From Candidatus Undinarchaeota archaeon (GTDB taxonomy: Archaea; SpSt-1190; JASMDC01), in NCBI GenBank assembly GCA_964519305.1, contig CAZFHY010000008.1, forward strand, positions 32,001 to 96,000: a stretch of DNA of 64,000 nucleotides, read 5' to 3'. Within the stretch, counting starts at the first letter, position 1, and each line of letters starts with the position of its first letter. Both the position numbers and the translations under genes were made by a program. Of the stretch, positions 1 to 9,437 are shown piece by piece. The notes under the pieces are model-generated. The model did not search any database. It had not been told where the DNA came from and saw only the letters and a program-made list of their open reading frames with translations.

Positions 1-451
1 GGGAGCCAACACCGAGGACGAGATGCTCGCGGACCTGGGGATAGTATCATCGACCTGCGAGGAGTGGGGTATGCCCTTAGTGGCCATGATGTACCCGCGA
101 GGACCTGGGATCGACGATCCGTTCGATCCGGAGCTCGTAGCCCATGCTGCCCGGCTCGGAGCCGAACTGGGTGCCGACGTGATCAAGACATCATACACAG
201 GGGATGCCGACTCGTTCGCGAAGGTGATCGATGGGTGTCCCGTCCCGATCATCATAGCGGGGGGTCCGCGTTGCGATACTCCTCGCGACACTCTGGAGAT
301 GGTCCGGGGGGCGCTCGATGCAGGTTCACAGGGTATAGCGTTCGGAAGGAACGTGTTCGGTTGTGACGATCCAGGCGCCATGGTCCGTGCATTGCGAGCC
401 ATTATCGTCGATGACGTGAGCGTCGATGAAGGTCTGGAGGTCATGGGATGA
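1..451 (+). CDS. aroA': 2-amino-3,7-dideoxy-D-threo-hept-6-ulosonate synthase (class I DhnA-type aldolase), 5'-truncated by window edge
   Basis: MMYPRGP, AELGADVIKTSYTG (Schiff-base Lys), IIAGG and GRNVF motifs; directly upstream of DHQ synthase II. Confidence 0.85.
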   Translation, partial: GANTEDEMLADLGIVSSTCEEWGMPLVAMMYPRGPGIDDPFDPELVAHAARLGAELGADVIKTSYTGDADSFAKVIDGCPVPIIIAGGPRCDTPRDTLEMVRGALDAGSQGIAFGRNVFGCDDPGAMVRALRAIIVDDVSVDEGLEVMG

Positions 452-1458
452 AGGAGCTATGGGCCCTTCTCCAGCCGGATGAGGCCTGGATCAGAGCGGT
501 CCGTGAACTAGGTGTGACCACTTTCCTCGCCCTTGGTGACGATGTGAAATGGGCGCTCGAGCACCGTGAAGCTCTCGGTATTACCGTTGCCGCACCGGAC
601 CCCGATGCTGACCTGCTCGTGACCACGGACCCTGCCAAGTCCGCAGGTGGCGTACTCTATGTCAAGCTCTCAAGTTCCGATGACCTGAAGATACTGGAGA
701 ACAGTGAGGCGTCCACGGTCATCGTCGAGGCGTCCGACTGGCGGGTCATCCCGCTCGAAAACCTGATCGCGTCCTCCCTCCGCGTGCTGGGCGTGGTCTC
801 AGGCGTCGAGGAGGCCCGGCTGTTCGCCACCATCCTTGAGAAGGGGGTCGACGGACTCGTGGCCCGTGACGAGATCGAGGCCATACGTGATATGCTGAGC
901 GACCAGGCCCGTCACATCGAGCTCGCGCCCGTTGAGATCTCCGAAGTGAGGGAGATCGGTGAGGGGGATCGTGTGTGCATCGACACATGCTCTATCCTTG
1001 AGCCGGGCGAGGGCGCTCTCGTGGGTAACCAGGGCGCCTGCCTTTTCCTCGTGCACGCCGAGAACGTCGAGAACCCATACATCGCAACGCGACCGTTCAG
1101 AGTGAACGCCGGACCGGTCCATGAGTACGTTCTCGTGGGCGACCGTACACGCTACCTCTCCGAGCTAGAGGCCGGTGAGCCGTTATTGGTCGTCAGGACC
1201 GACGGAGCTACCCGCATCGTCACCGTTGGCAGGTCAAAGATCGAGCGTCGCCCACTGGTGCTTGTCGTGGCGAAGATGGGTGATGTTCCTGCAAAGACGG
1301 TCCTCCAGAACGCCGAGACCGTAAGGCTCGTGCGGCCTGACGGGAGCCTTGTGCCCGTGACCGAGCTGAAGGCCGGTGACGAGGTGCTCACCTATCGCGA
1401 GGCACCTAAGGGGCGACATTTCGGTATGGCCGTTGAAGAGACCATCGTGGAGCGGTGA
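448..1458 (+). CDS. aroB': 3-dehydroquinate synthase II (archaeal type)
   Basis: DWRVIPLENLIA, GDRVCIDTCS, RPFRVNAGPVH, YLSEL, LQNAETVRL and GRHFGM motifs; ATGA overlap with upstream gene. Confidence 0.95.
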   Translation: MKELWALLQPDEAWIRAVRELGVTTFLALGDDVKWALEHREALGITVAAPDPDADLLVTTDPAKSAGGVLYVKLSSSDDLKILENSEASTVIVEASDWRVIPLENLIASSLRVLGVVSGVEEARLFATILEKGVDGLVARDEIEAIRDMLSDQARHIELAPVEISEVREIGEGDRVCIDTCSILEPGEGALVGNQGACLFLVHAENVENPYIATRPFRVNAGPVHEYVLVGDRTRYLSELEAGEPLLVVRTDGATRIVTVGRSKIERRPLVLVVAKMGDVPAKTVLQNAETVRLVRPDGSLVPVTELKAGDEVLTYREAPKGRHFGMAVEETIVER

Positions 1459-1459
1459 C

Positions 1460-2731
1460 ATGGACGCGGTCGTGCGACCGGGCGAGGTGACCGGGAGCAT
1501 CACGGCCCCTTCGTCGAAGAGCATCAGCCATCGTGCCCTCGTTCGTGCCCTCCTTGTCCGGGGTCAGTCGACCTTACGGAACCTGAGCCGGTGCGCGGAC
1601 GTCCTGGCCACACTGGAGGCCTGTCGTGCCTTTGGAGCGGAGATCGTGGACGACAATGATCTGATAACGCTGAGCGGGTGCGGGCGCGAACTGAACGTCC
1701 CTGAGGGGACGATCGACTGCGCGAACTCGGGGACGACCCTTCGCTTTTTCACTGTCGCCGGATGTCTGGCACCGGGAGCCGTACGGCTCACAGGGGACAG
1801 TTCTCTGGTACGGCGTCCGATGGAGCCGTTGCTCAAAGCGCTCAGGGAACTGGGTGCTGAAGCTAGCAGGGACGCGGACGGCACCGTCATAGTCCGGGGC
1901 CCATTAAGGCCGGGTTCGACCACATTGGACGCCACGGCGAGTTCCCAGTACCTCTCAGCACTGCTCCTCGTGCTCCCTGTGCTGGAAGGAGAATGGCGGA
2001 TAGACCTTGCAGGACCTTTAGCATCCCGCGGGTACGTCGACCTGACGCTCGAGGCCCTGGACGATCCTTCGTACGCAGGGCTTGATGATGGCGGGGCTTT
2101 TATCGAGGGCGGGGTCGACTATCGGCCCATCGAACGGACGATCGAGGGCGACTGGTCCGCTGCAGCTTTCCCTGTGGCGGCCGGTCTCCTGGGTGGCGAT
2201 GTCCGTGTCAAGGGCCTCGTGAAATCGTCCCGACAACCGGACAGGGCACTTCTGGAGCTCATCGACCTCTTGAACGGCGATGTCTCGTGGGATGGTGACA
2301 CCCTCATCGCCCGAAGGTCCGAGCTCAATGGTGCCGACCTGGACGTGTCCGACACACCTGACCTCTTCCCTGCGGTCCTCCTGCTCGCAGCACGCGCTCG
2401 GGGTACGACCACTATTACCGGCACTGCCCGTCTGCGGTACAAGGAGTCGGACCGCGTTTCCACATGCACTGACGTGCTCAGGGCCATGGGCGCCGATATC
2501 GCCGTCGGTGATGACCGTGTTGTCGTAAGAGGTGTGCCCTCCCTCCGGGGTGCCGACGTGACCTCGCATGGGGACCATCGCGTCGCCATGATGGCCGTCA
2601 TGGCGGGGCTCGGCGCTACCGGTACCACGACGGTCCAGAACATGGACTGTGTGGATGTGTCCTGGCCCGGGTTCCCCGAGGCCGTGAAGGAGCTTGGGGG
2701 ACAGGTGAGGATTACCGCTCCTCTTCCCTGA
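1460..2731 (+). CDS. aroA: 3-phosphoshikimate 1-carboxyvinyltransferase (EPSP synthase)
   Basis: PSSKSISHRA, NSGTTLRF, SSQYLSALL, KESDR and DHRVAM motifs; ATG at 1460 follows the aroB' stop. Confidence 0.95.
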   Translation: MDAVVRPGEVTGSITAPSSKSISHRALVRALLVRGQSTLRNLSRCADVLATLEACRAFGAEIVDDNDLITLSGCGRELNVPEGTIDCANSGTTLRFFTVAGCLAPGAVRLTGDSSLVRRPMEPLLKALRELGAEASRDADGTVIVRGPLRPGSTTLDATASSQYLSALLLVLPVLEGEWRIDLAGPLASRGYVDLTLEALDDPSYAGLDDGGAFIEGGVDYRPIERTIEGDWSAAAFPVAAGLLGGDVRVKGLVKSSRQPDRALLELIDLLNGDVSWDGDTLIARRSELNGADLDVSDTPDLFPAVLLLAARARGTTTITGTARLRYKESDRVSTCTDVLRAMGADIAVGDDRVVVRGVPSLRGADVTSHGDHRVAMMAVMAGLGATGTTTVQNMDCVDVSWPGFPEAVKELGGQVRITAPLP

Positions 2732-3152
2732 ACCGCTGTCGCCGTGGAAGCTCGAGCTCCCTGTCGAGCTCGTTCGCGATCTCCTGCATGTTCTCGAACA
2801 TCCGCTGTACATCATGCTGGAGCTCGATGAGGGTACGTTGGAGGTTGTTCCTCCTGAGAAGATAACGGTTCTTCTTCCGCTCGACGATGCCGCTCTGGAG
2901 AAGGTGGTTGAGGTGGTGGACAATGCTCGTCCTTGAGAGACCGAACTCTTCCACGAGCTCTGAACTGGTCACTCCGGAGCCGTCCTGAGTGGTGATGATG
3001 ACCCGCTTGAACACCCGCATGCAGGTCTTGTCCCTGTCCTTGGGTCCGCAGAGACCGAGCGCTTCGCACATCCACTCGAGGTCCTCATCGATGCTTGGCT
3101 CGACCGGCAACCGCTTGCGATAGATGACGATGCGTTCTTCCAACATGGACAC
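2712..3152 (-). CDS. Winged-helix (ArsR/TrmB-like) transcriptional regulator, divergent from hsp20
   Basis: HTH segment VTSSELVEEFGLSRTSIVHHLNHLLQSGIVER followed by a coiled coil. Confidence 0.8.
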   Translation of the reverse strand: MSMLEERIVIYRKRLPVEPSIDEDLEWMCEALGLCGPKDRDKTCMRVFKRVIITTQDGSGVTSSELVEEFGLSRTSIVHHLNHLLQSGIVERKKNRYLLRRNNLQRTLIELQHDVQRMFENMQEIANELDRELELPRRQRFREEER

Positions 3153-3338
3153 CTGCTTTCTTTCTCTTATGTTAAAATAGGTACAACTTATATAAAAGTT
3201 TTTTTATCAGCAATGATTATTAACATTTTTTAGTTAACCTATGTTTTGATAGGCAAAAACCCTTAGTAAAGTTTAAATATTGGAGTGAACTAAATATCCT
3301 ATGATATGTAAACAATGTTTGTTTACAAGGTGATAGAA
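3153..3338. promoter_or_regulatory. AT-rich divergent promoter region with TATA boxes and a 9-3-9 inverted repeat (TGTAAACAA-TGT-TTGTTTACA, 3307-3327)
   Basis: TTATATAAAA near 3188, TTTAAATA near 3272, RBS-like AGGTGA at 3328-3333. Confidence 0.7.
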
Positions 3339-3794
3339 TTGGTGTTGTATTGGAGACCATTCAAGGACATGCGAAGGATGCAAGCGGACATGGACCGTAT
3401 CTTCGGGGGCACCCTGCTCCTTACCGAGGAATCGGGTAAGGATGGTGGGCTAGTCTCTGCAGGTGAGCGGTTCCGGAACCCTCATGCAACCCTTCGCGAG
3501 ACCGACGAGGGCTTTGAGGTAACGGCCGAGGTGCCGGGCGCTTCGAAGGAGGACATCGACCTTCAGGTCAATCCAGACTCCCTCGTCATAAAGACCGATA
3601 AGAATGAGGTGAAAGAGGAAACGAGCGATGAGGGGACATCACGGTACAGCTCGTACCGAGGTTTCTACAAGGCTATCGGCTTCCCTGTTTCGATCGATCC
3701 GGAGAAGGCCAAGGCTTCGTACGAGAACGGTGTCCTCAAGGTCACTGTACCTCGACTCGCCGAGTCCAAGGGGCGCAAGCTTCTTATCGAGTGA
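3339..3794 (+). CDS. hsp20: Small heat shock protein Hsp20 (alpha-crystallin domain)
   Basis: EVPGASKEDIDL and AKASYENGVLKVTVP motifs; TTG start chosen from the AGGTGA RBS (alternative ATG at 3315). Confidence 0.92.
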   Translation: MVLYWRPFKDMRRMQADMDRIFGGTLLLTEESGKDGGLVSAGERFRNPHATLRETDEGFEVTAEVPGASKEDIDLQVNPDSLVIKTDKNEVKEETSDEGTSRYSSYRGFYKAIGFPVSIDPEKAKASYENGVLKVTVPRLAESKGRKLLIE

Positions 3795-3857
3795 GAGGCG
3801 CGCTCCTATCTCCATTATCATGATAGACCATGACCAAAAACACTGCCTTCCCAACCT

Positions 3858-3904
3858 GGAGCGGGGCCGCTACCACTGTCACTCCTTTTCATGTGCCCCG
3901 CTCC
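3858..3904 (+). terminator. 10-bp perfect inverted repeat followed by a pyrimidine/T-rich tract downstream of hsp20
   Basis: GGAGCGGGGC (3858-3867) pairs with GCCCCGCTCC (3895-3904), then TCCCCTTTTCTCCTGTTTTT. Confidence 0.4.
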
Positions 3905-4001
3905 TCCCCTTTTCTCCTGTTTTTACGTGGCAGGGGGGGCGCCGCGCCAGGCAAACGCTTAAGTATTTGCCACGCCTCCCGGCACGTTCTCGGTGAACCC
4001 G

Positions 4002-4166
4002 ATGCCAATCAAGAAGGAACTATTGGAAATCCTCGTCTGTCCGCTCTGTAAGAACAAGGTGAAGATCGTCGGATCGGACAAGCTTATCTGTACGAACGAT
4101 GAGTGTGGAACGATCTATCCGATAGAGGATGGCATCCCTAACATGCTACCGCCTGACCTTCGGTAG
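4002..4166 (+). CDS. trm112: Trm112 family methyltransferase activator (54 aa; below ORF-track cutoff)
   Basis: Manual translation MPIKKELLEILVCPLCKNKVKIVGSDKLICTNDECGTIYPIEDGIPNMLPPDLR fits the LLEILVCP...YPIxDGIP pattern. Confidence 0.9.
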   Translation: MPIKKELLEILVCPLCKNKVKIVGSDKLICTNDECGTIYPIEDGIPNMLPPDLR

Positions 4167-4178
4167 GAAGGGCATAGT

Positions 4179-4294
4179 GCCGGGGTGGCAGAGCGGCTAA
4201 ATGCGCGGGTCTTGAAAACCCGTGGACGCGAGTCCTCCTGGGTTCAAAGTGCAACGGGGAATCCCCCCGTCGTATGAAAGTCCCAGCCCCGGCG
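4179..4294 (+). tRNA. tRNA-Ser(TGA) with 32-nt intron at position 59/60 (4249-4280)
   Basis: Acceptor GCCGGGG/CCCCGGC, anticodon arm CGGGT-CTTGAAA-ACCCG, long variable arm, T-stem CTGGG/CCCAG; BHB TTCA/TGAA with AAG and AGT bulges. Confidence 0.92.
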
Positions 4295-4337
4295 CCTCAC
4301 CCTTCTTCGGGTCATCGGGTGATATGGAGGCACTGAC

Positions 4338-5864
4338 ATGGACATCCACGAAACTATCCTCAAGGCCCGACCGGTCGACCTGGACCTAGGTCCGAACTCG
4401 GTCCTGCTCAACGCACAGGACGCTAAAGCAATGGGCGTACGGGCCCGTGGTCGTGTTCGCATCAGCGGGGGCGGGATCATCACGACAGTGACCGCCTTCA
4501 TCACCGGTACACTGGTGAAACCTGGTGAGGTAGGCATACTCCCCGATATCGGCCAGATGCTGAACGTGAAGGATCGAACGGAGATCGCCCTTGAACCTGT
4601 CGGGCTCCCAGAGTCGACCCGCCTCATCAGGAGGAAGGTCCTTGGGGAAAAGCTCGAGAAGAGCGAGATCGCGAGCATCGTAAACGATGTGGTCGAGCGG
4701 AAGCTCACTGATATCGAGCTCTCCGCTTTCGTGGCGGGCCTCTCTTCTCATGGCATGGACATGGAAGAGACCGCGAACTTCACCATGTCGATGGTGAATA
4801 CAGGAAAGCGCATCGAGCTCAATGTAGGACGTGTTTTCGACAAGCACTCAATCGGTGGTGTCCCCGGCGACAAGACGACCCTCCTCGTGGTCCCCATCGT
4901 CGCGTCCGCAAACCTCGTCATTCCAAAGACGTCATCACGCGCCATCACCAGTGCTGCGGGCACAGCGGATGTTATGGAAGTGCTTGCCCCCATCGAGTTC
5001 GGGGCGGATAAGATCGAGGATATTATCAAGAAGGCCGGGGGCTGTCTCGTGTGGGGCGGCACCATGGACCTCCTTCCCGCTGATTCGATGCTCATCGAGA
5101 TCGAGCGACCCTTGTCCCTGGACCCTGAGTGTCTCGTGCTCGCATCGGTCCTGGGGAAGAAGAAGGCCGCAGGGAGCAATTACGTGGTCATAGATATCCC
5201 CGTGGGGAACGGCTGCAAGGTGACGAGCGATGACGAGGCACGTAATCTCGGCATCAAGTTCATCGAGCTGGGACAGCGTCTGGGCATGCAGGTGGAATGC
5301 GCGATCACGTTCGGCGGGCAGCCCGTAGGGCGGGCCGTAGGCCCTGCCCTCGAAGCGCGAGAGGCACTTGAAGCGCTCAATGGTAATTATCACGGGAGCT
5401 TTACTGAGAAGGCGACCTCGCTCGCGGGCATCCTCCTAGAGCTCGGGGGCGCTGCTGCTCACGGTAAGGGGAAAGCGCGTGCCGAGGAGATCCTCGAATC
5501 GGGCCAGGCCCTGAAGAAGTTCAAGCAGATACTCAAGCTGCAGGGCGGCAATCCCGATATCAAGCCCGAGGACATCGAGCTCGGAAAGTTCAAGCAGACC
5601 GTGAACACTCCACAAGAGGGCTATGTAACCTCGCTAAATAATGCGGTCATCAACCGGACCACGCGACTTGCTGGTGCTCCCAAGGACAAGAAGGCGGGGA
5701 TGTATCTCCATGCCAAGAAGGGACATCGGGTCGAGATGGGTGCACCTCTGTTCACCATCTACTCGTCGAGCGAGAGCAACCTGGACCGGGCCGTGAAGTA
5801 CGCCACAGGGGCCCATCCGCTCAAGGTCGAGGGCATGGTCCTCAGGCGCGTCAAGACGGGATAG
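4338..5864 (+). CDS. AMP phosphorylase (thymidine phosphorylase family, archaeal)
   Basis: DKHSIGGVPG, IPKTSSRAITSAAGTADVME and GPALEA motifs with N-terminal extension. Confidence 0.93.
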   Translation: MDIHETILKARPVDLDLGPNSVLLNAQDAKAMGVRARGRVRISGGGIITTVTAFITGTLVKPGEVGILPDIGQMLNVKDRTEIALEPVGLPESTRLIRRKVLGEKLEKSEIASIVNDVVERKLTDIELSAFVAGLSSHGMDMEETANFTMSMVNTGKRIELNVGRVFDKHSIGGVPGDKTTLLVVPIVASANLVIPKTSSRAITSAAGTADVMEVLAPIEFGADKIEDIIKKAGGCLVWGGTMDLLPADSMLIEIERPLSLDPECLVLASVLGKKKAAGSNYVVIDIPVGNGCKVTSDDEARNLGIKFIELGQRLGMQVECAITFGGQPVGRAVGPALEAREALEALNGNYHGSFTEKATSLAGILLELGGAAAHGKGKARAEEILESGQALKKFKQILKLQGGNPDIKPEDIELGKFKQTVNTPQEGYVTSLNNAVINRTTRLAGAPKDKKAGMYLHAKKGHRVEMGAPLFTIYSSSESNLDRAVKYATGAHPLKVEGMVLRRVKTG

Positions 5865-5964
5865 CTCACCAGATGTGACGATCGACCGGTAGGATACCGG
5901 TCCGGGAGCGGCCTCTCATCACTACGTAGGCGTCCAATTGATGGTCAGGGTGACCTTCGACGCC

Positions 5965-6183
5965 CTACAATCCGCCTTTGGTACCGAGGGTTAGCACGAA
6001 CGGATGGATGTTGGTTGGGACTGGGTCGGGGCCGGAATCCGTATGGTACGTGGGTGTCCCATCTTTATGGTCGGTATCACGGGTACGGGCCTCAACGGAG
6101 ATGATCTCCTTGGGCATATCGTCCGTGAGATTGGACCCGAGTATCTCTGTAAGGTCCAATCTTCGATGTCTCGTCAGTATCAT
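5965..6183 (-). CDS. Small hypothetical protein
   Basis: 72-aa ORF with a TTTAAAAA TATA-like element about 30 nt upstream; no recognisable motif. Confidence 0.35.
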   Translation of the reverse strand: MILTRHRRLDLTEILGSNLTDDMPKEIISVEARTRDTDHKDGTPTYHTDSGPDPVPTNIHPFVLTLGTKGGL

Positions 6184-6302
6184 GATGTTCGGATGCCCCG
6201 GGGAGTATGTTTTTAAATCTTACCATAAGAATATTGAACTTAATACACCTTAATTAGTGCTATGAGCCGTTATGTTGGCCCATCGCGGCATTCTTCGGGA
6301 AA

Positions 6303-7094
6303 TTAGATCTCAGCGTCATCCAGGGCCTTGGCGCAGTCACAACCACCGCCACGCTCAGCAGGTAGGCGGTCGATCACCCGGGAGAACACTTTCTTGAGGG
6401 CCTCGATGTTCTTGTTCATGAGCTCCACGACCTCTGTCGTGCCGAGGGGACTGTCAGCCATGCCTGCGGCCCAGTTCGTGACCAAGGCAAGAGAAGAGTA
6501 GCACATGGCCTTCTCCCTGGCAAGGACGACCTCGGGGACGTTCGTCATCCCGACCACATCGGCTCCCAGAACACGGATCGCGTTGATCTCTGCGGGGGTC
6601 TCGTACCGTGGGCCCTCCATGCAGGCATATGTCACCTCGGGGAACACTTCACGGTTGGTCACGTTCTTTGCCTCTTCATAGAGGAGCTTGCACATCTCCG
6701 GGCAGTAAGGCGTGGTCATGTCCACATGGAACACATGACCGTCGTCACCCTCGTAGAAGGTCGTGACGCGGTTCTTTGTGAAGTCCATGAACTGGTCGAG
6801 GACGGCCAGTGTGCCGGGGGGCATCTGATTGTGACATGATCCTACTGCGGTGGTCGACATGATGCGTTCTACACCGAGCTTGTAGAGCGCGAATGTATTG
6901 GCACGGAAGTTGATACGGTGCGGTGGGATCGAATGGCCGCTCCCATGACGCGGGAGGAACACGACATCGACGCCACCTATTGTCCCGGTACGGACCTCTT
7001 TTACGCGACCGTAGGGTGTGTCCACCTCAACGATCTTAGTGTCCTCCAATAGCGAGTATACTCCTGATCCACCTATGATACCTATGTGAGGCAT
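6303..7094 (-). CDS. mtnP: 5'-methylthioadenosine/methylthioinosine phosphorylase (MTAP family)
   Basis: IGIIGGSG, LPRHG..H.IPPH.IN.RAN, EGPRYETPAE, GMTNVPE and VTNWAAG motifs. Confidence 0.92.
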   Translation of the reverse strand: MPHIGIIGGSGVYSLLEDTKIVEVDTPYGRVKEVRTGTIGGVDVVFLPRHGSGHSIPPHRINFRANTFALYKLGVERIMSTTAVGSCHNQMPPGTLAVLDQFMDFTKNRVTTFYEGDDGHVFHVDMTTPYCPEMCKLLYEEAKNVTNREVFPEVTYACMEGPRYETPAEINAIRVLGADVVGMTNVPEVVLAREKAMCYSSLALVTNWAAGMADSPLGTTEVVELMNKNIEALKKVFSRVIDRLPAERGGGCDCAKALDDAEI

Positions 7095-7161
7095 GAACAT
7101 CACCTAATCCCCAAAAAGGGGTTCTTATCATTTAAATAAGCACGACAGGGGGGCCAGCCCT

Positions 7162-8001
7162 TTATCGAATAGCGCGTCGTGGTCCTTTCTCCAGTGCACC
7201 CTTCCCTGCGGGTATGAACCTTTGGATGTCGTCAACGGTCAATGCCTTGACCTTGTCACGGTCCTCATCCCCGATACTTGCATGGAACTTGGCGATGATA
7301 TCACGGGCCAACTGTGCGGACTTCTTGTGCCCGGGGACGATGACTACATGGCAGATGGTGTTCGCGATGACGGACTCTACGGGGCCGCCCATGATAGTAC
7401 CTTCATCCGTCATCCCGACAGCGAGCCTTAGGTCGGCGTTATGGAAGTAGTTCTTCTTCCCGTAGATCATGAAGCTTCCTTTAGTCAGGTATTCGCCCGC
7501 AGGTGCGCTCTTCGATACCTGGGAACCCAGGACCCAGAACACGTCCATCGTGGTGTATCCCATGCCCCATGCCTTCGAGTATGATGCGGTGGCCTCAGCT
7601 ACCTGATTGAGCACCTCGTCTGGCACCTCCTCGTCACCCTCCACTTTGACGGTCATGAATGGCGAACCCGCCAGGTCGGAGTGGAACACGATGTCCTTGT
7701 CGGAGGTGTGCTTCTTGATGATTATCTCGTTCGTGGTGGCGTCCCGACCGCCTATCACGAGCCTTCCGTCCATCGACTTGAACCATCTGAAGCTCTCGTA
7801 CCAGGCACGTTCTTTCTGGACCCTGAGGCGCACGGGTGCATCGACCTCGATCTCAGCAGTGCGTGCGTTCTCCAGCTTTGCACGGGTGTGGGAAATGGCG
7901 ACCTCGGCCCCCTTTATCTTCTCGCGCGACTTCTTGGCTCGTTTGTAATAATACTGTGCGTTCTCAACCGCGCTCTTGCTCAGGTCGACGGTCACGCGCA
8001 C
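7162..8001 (-). CDS. Short NFACT/RqcH-like protein (coiled coil + NFACT-R RNA-binding domain + C-terminal domain)
   Basis: ENAQYYYKRAKK, WYESFRWF, IGGRDATTNE and GEYLTKGSFMIYGKKNY motifs; GTG start inferred from TATA spacing. Confidence 0.85.
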   Translation of the reverse strand: MRVTVDLSKSAVENAQYYYKRAKKSREKIKGAEVAISHTRAKLENARTAEIEVDAPVRLRVQKERAWYESFRWFKSMDGRLVIGGRDATTNEIIIKKHTSDKDIVFHSDLAGSPFMTVKVEGDEEVPDEVLNQVAEATASYSKAWGMGYTTMDVFWVLGSQVSKSAPAGEYLTKGSFMIYGKKNYFHNADLRLAVGMTDEGTIMGGPVESVIANTICHVVIVPGHKKSAQLARDIIAKFHASIGDEDRDKVKALTVDDIQRFIPAGKGALEKGPRRAIR

Positions 8002-8053
8002 GACCGTGCCGTCCCGGTCAAACGTTATAAGGGTTGCCGACCGTCCCGGGAGC

Positions 8054-9082
8054 ATGCTCGTCCGGTTCGTTCGCGTCCATCAACAGGACACTGAACCGGT
8101 ACGCAAAGAGCTCGATGCCAAGGGCCAGGTCCTCCGCGGCATAAGGTTCCTCCACGAGGACGATTATGTGCTAATCCCCGTGAACTGTGACATCCCTGGA
8201 ATGGAGATGCTCGAACGCGACATCGAGGTCGAGCATAATCCGCGAAGCCTCTCTGAAGCGCTCAAGGGTGTTCTTTCTGATGAGCAGATGGCCATGCTCA
8301 GGACCTCGTTCGACGTCGTGGGCGACATAGCCGTCGTGGAGGTCCCCGAAGAGCTTGAGGACATGGAGGGTACCATTGGTGAGGCCCTTCTCTCGGTCAT
8401 CAAGGGCGTGCGAGTAGTGTGCCGGAAGGTGGGGCCGACTGCTGGCGAGTTCCGTGTGCGGCCTGTACGTGTCATCGCCGGTGAGCAGCGTACCACGACA
8501 GTGTACCGTGAGCATGGATGTAACTACGAGCTCGATCTGGCCAGTGTATACTTTTCTCCGAGGCTCGCGACCGAACGTGCACGTGTCGCATCACTAGTCC
8601 AACCTGGTGAGACCGTCATGGGCATGTTCGCAGGCGTCGGTCCCTTCACCATCCTCACGGCCCACGTCCAACCTGCGGTGAAAAGGGTATGGTCAGTTGA
8701 GCTGAACCCGGATGCGGTCACCTACATGAAGCGCAATATCGAACGGAACCGGGTGAAGGGGACCGTGCTCGCGGTCCAGGGGGACGTACGTGAGGTCGTC
8801 CCTGCATTGGGCCCGGCCGACAGGGTGTTCATGCCGCTGCCCAAGGGGGCCCATAAGTTCCTGGACGTCGCGATGGCGGCAGCCGCAGATGGTGCTGTCA
8901 TCCATTTCTATCACTTCACTCCCGAGGATGTGCGGTTCGAGGAAGGTGCCGCTCTCATAAAGGCCGCTGCAGAAGAGGCAGGCAAGTGTGGAGAGGTAGT
9001 GTTCCAGCGACAGGTCCGTTCCTTCTCTCCGGGCGTCTGCCAAGTAGTCGTGGACTTCCAGGTGGCCGGCCGAGCGCCGTAG
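8054..9082 (+). CDS. trm5: Trm5-family tRNA (guanine-37) methyltransferase
   Basis: FDVVGDIA, VYFSPRLATER, MFAGVGPF and ELNPDA motifs. Confidence 0.88.
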   Translation: MLVRFVRVHQQDTEPVRKELDAKGQVLRGIRFLHEDDYVLIPVNCDIPGMEMLERDIEVEHNPRSLSEALKGVLSDEQMAMLRTSFDVVGDIAVVEVPEELEDMEGTIGEALLSVIKGVRVVCRKVGPTAGEFRVRPVRVIAGEQRTTTVYREHGCNYELDLASVYFSPRLATERARVASLVQPGETVMGMFAGVGPFTILTAHVQPAVKRVWSVELNPDAVTYMKRNIERNRVKGTVLAVQGDVREVVPALGPADRVFMPLPKGAHKFLDVAMAAAADGAVIHFYHFTPEDVRFEEGAALIKAAAEEAGKCGEVVFQRQVRSFSPGVCQVVVDFQVAGRAP

Positions 9083-9127
9083 ATATTTTTTTAAATGCTA
9101 GCACTCCTCCAGAGATAATAATAACGT

Positions 9128-9248
9128 GCGGGGGTGACAGAGCTGGCCAAATGTGATGGATTCAGGGTCCATTGGTTTAGTACCTGCGCGGGTTCGAAAA
9201 CGATACCGGTCAACTCCGGTACGTTCGGAAGTCCCGTCTCCCGCACCA
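9128..9248 (+). tRNA. tRNA-Leu(CAG) with 33-nt intron at 59/60 (9199-9231); CCA encoded
   Basis: Acceptor GCGGGGG/CTCCCGC, anticodon arm ATGGA-TTCAGGG-TCCAT, long variable arm; TTCG/CGGA central helix with AAA and AGT bulges. Confidence 0.9.
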
Positions 9249-9252
9249 ATAA

Positions 9253-9326
9253 GGGCCTGTGGTCTAGCTGGTTATGACGCCGCCTTCACACGGCGGAGAT
9301 CAGGCGTTCAAATCGCCTTGGGCCCA
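9253..9326 (+). tRNA. tRNA-Val(CAC), intronless
   Basis: Acceptor GGGCCTG/TGGGCCC, anticodon arm CCGCC-TTCACAC-GGCGG, T arm AGGCG-TTCAAAT-CGCCT. Confidence 0.95.
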
Positions 9327-9329
9327 TGA

Positions 9330-9352
9330 GGGAGGGGGTTGTTCCCCCTCCC
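9330..9352 (+). terminator. GC-rich hairpin immediately after the tRNA pair
   Basis: GGGAGGGGG-TTGTT-CCCCCTCCC. Confidence 0.45.
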
Positions 9353-9437
9353 TGATACCTATCTATCAAGCCCGTGGTCCGTCCACCCACTGGGAAAGGG
9401 ATAAAAATAATGCGCTCCCGCCGCTCATGGAGGCCTC

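Noticed and set aside
5866-6183. Possible TAG readthrough (pyrrolysine or recoding) extending the 72-aa ORF by about 32 codons
   Set aside because: TAG is used as an ordinary stop by many clear genes here; no pyl genes seen; an open stretch this short is expected by chance in GC-rich DNA
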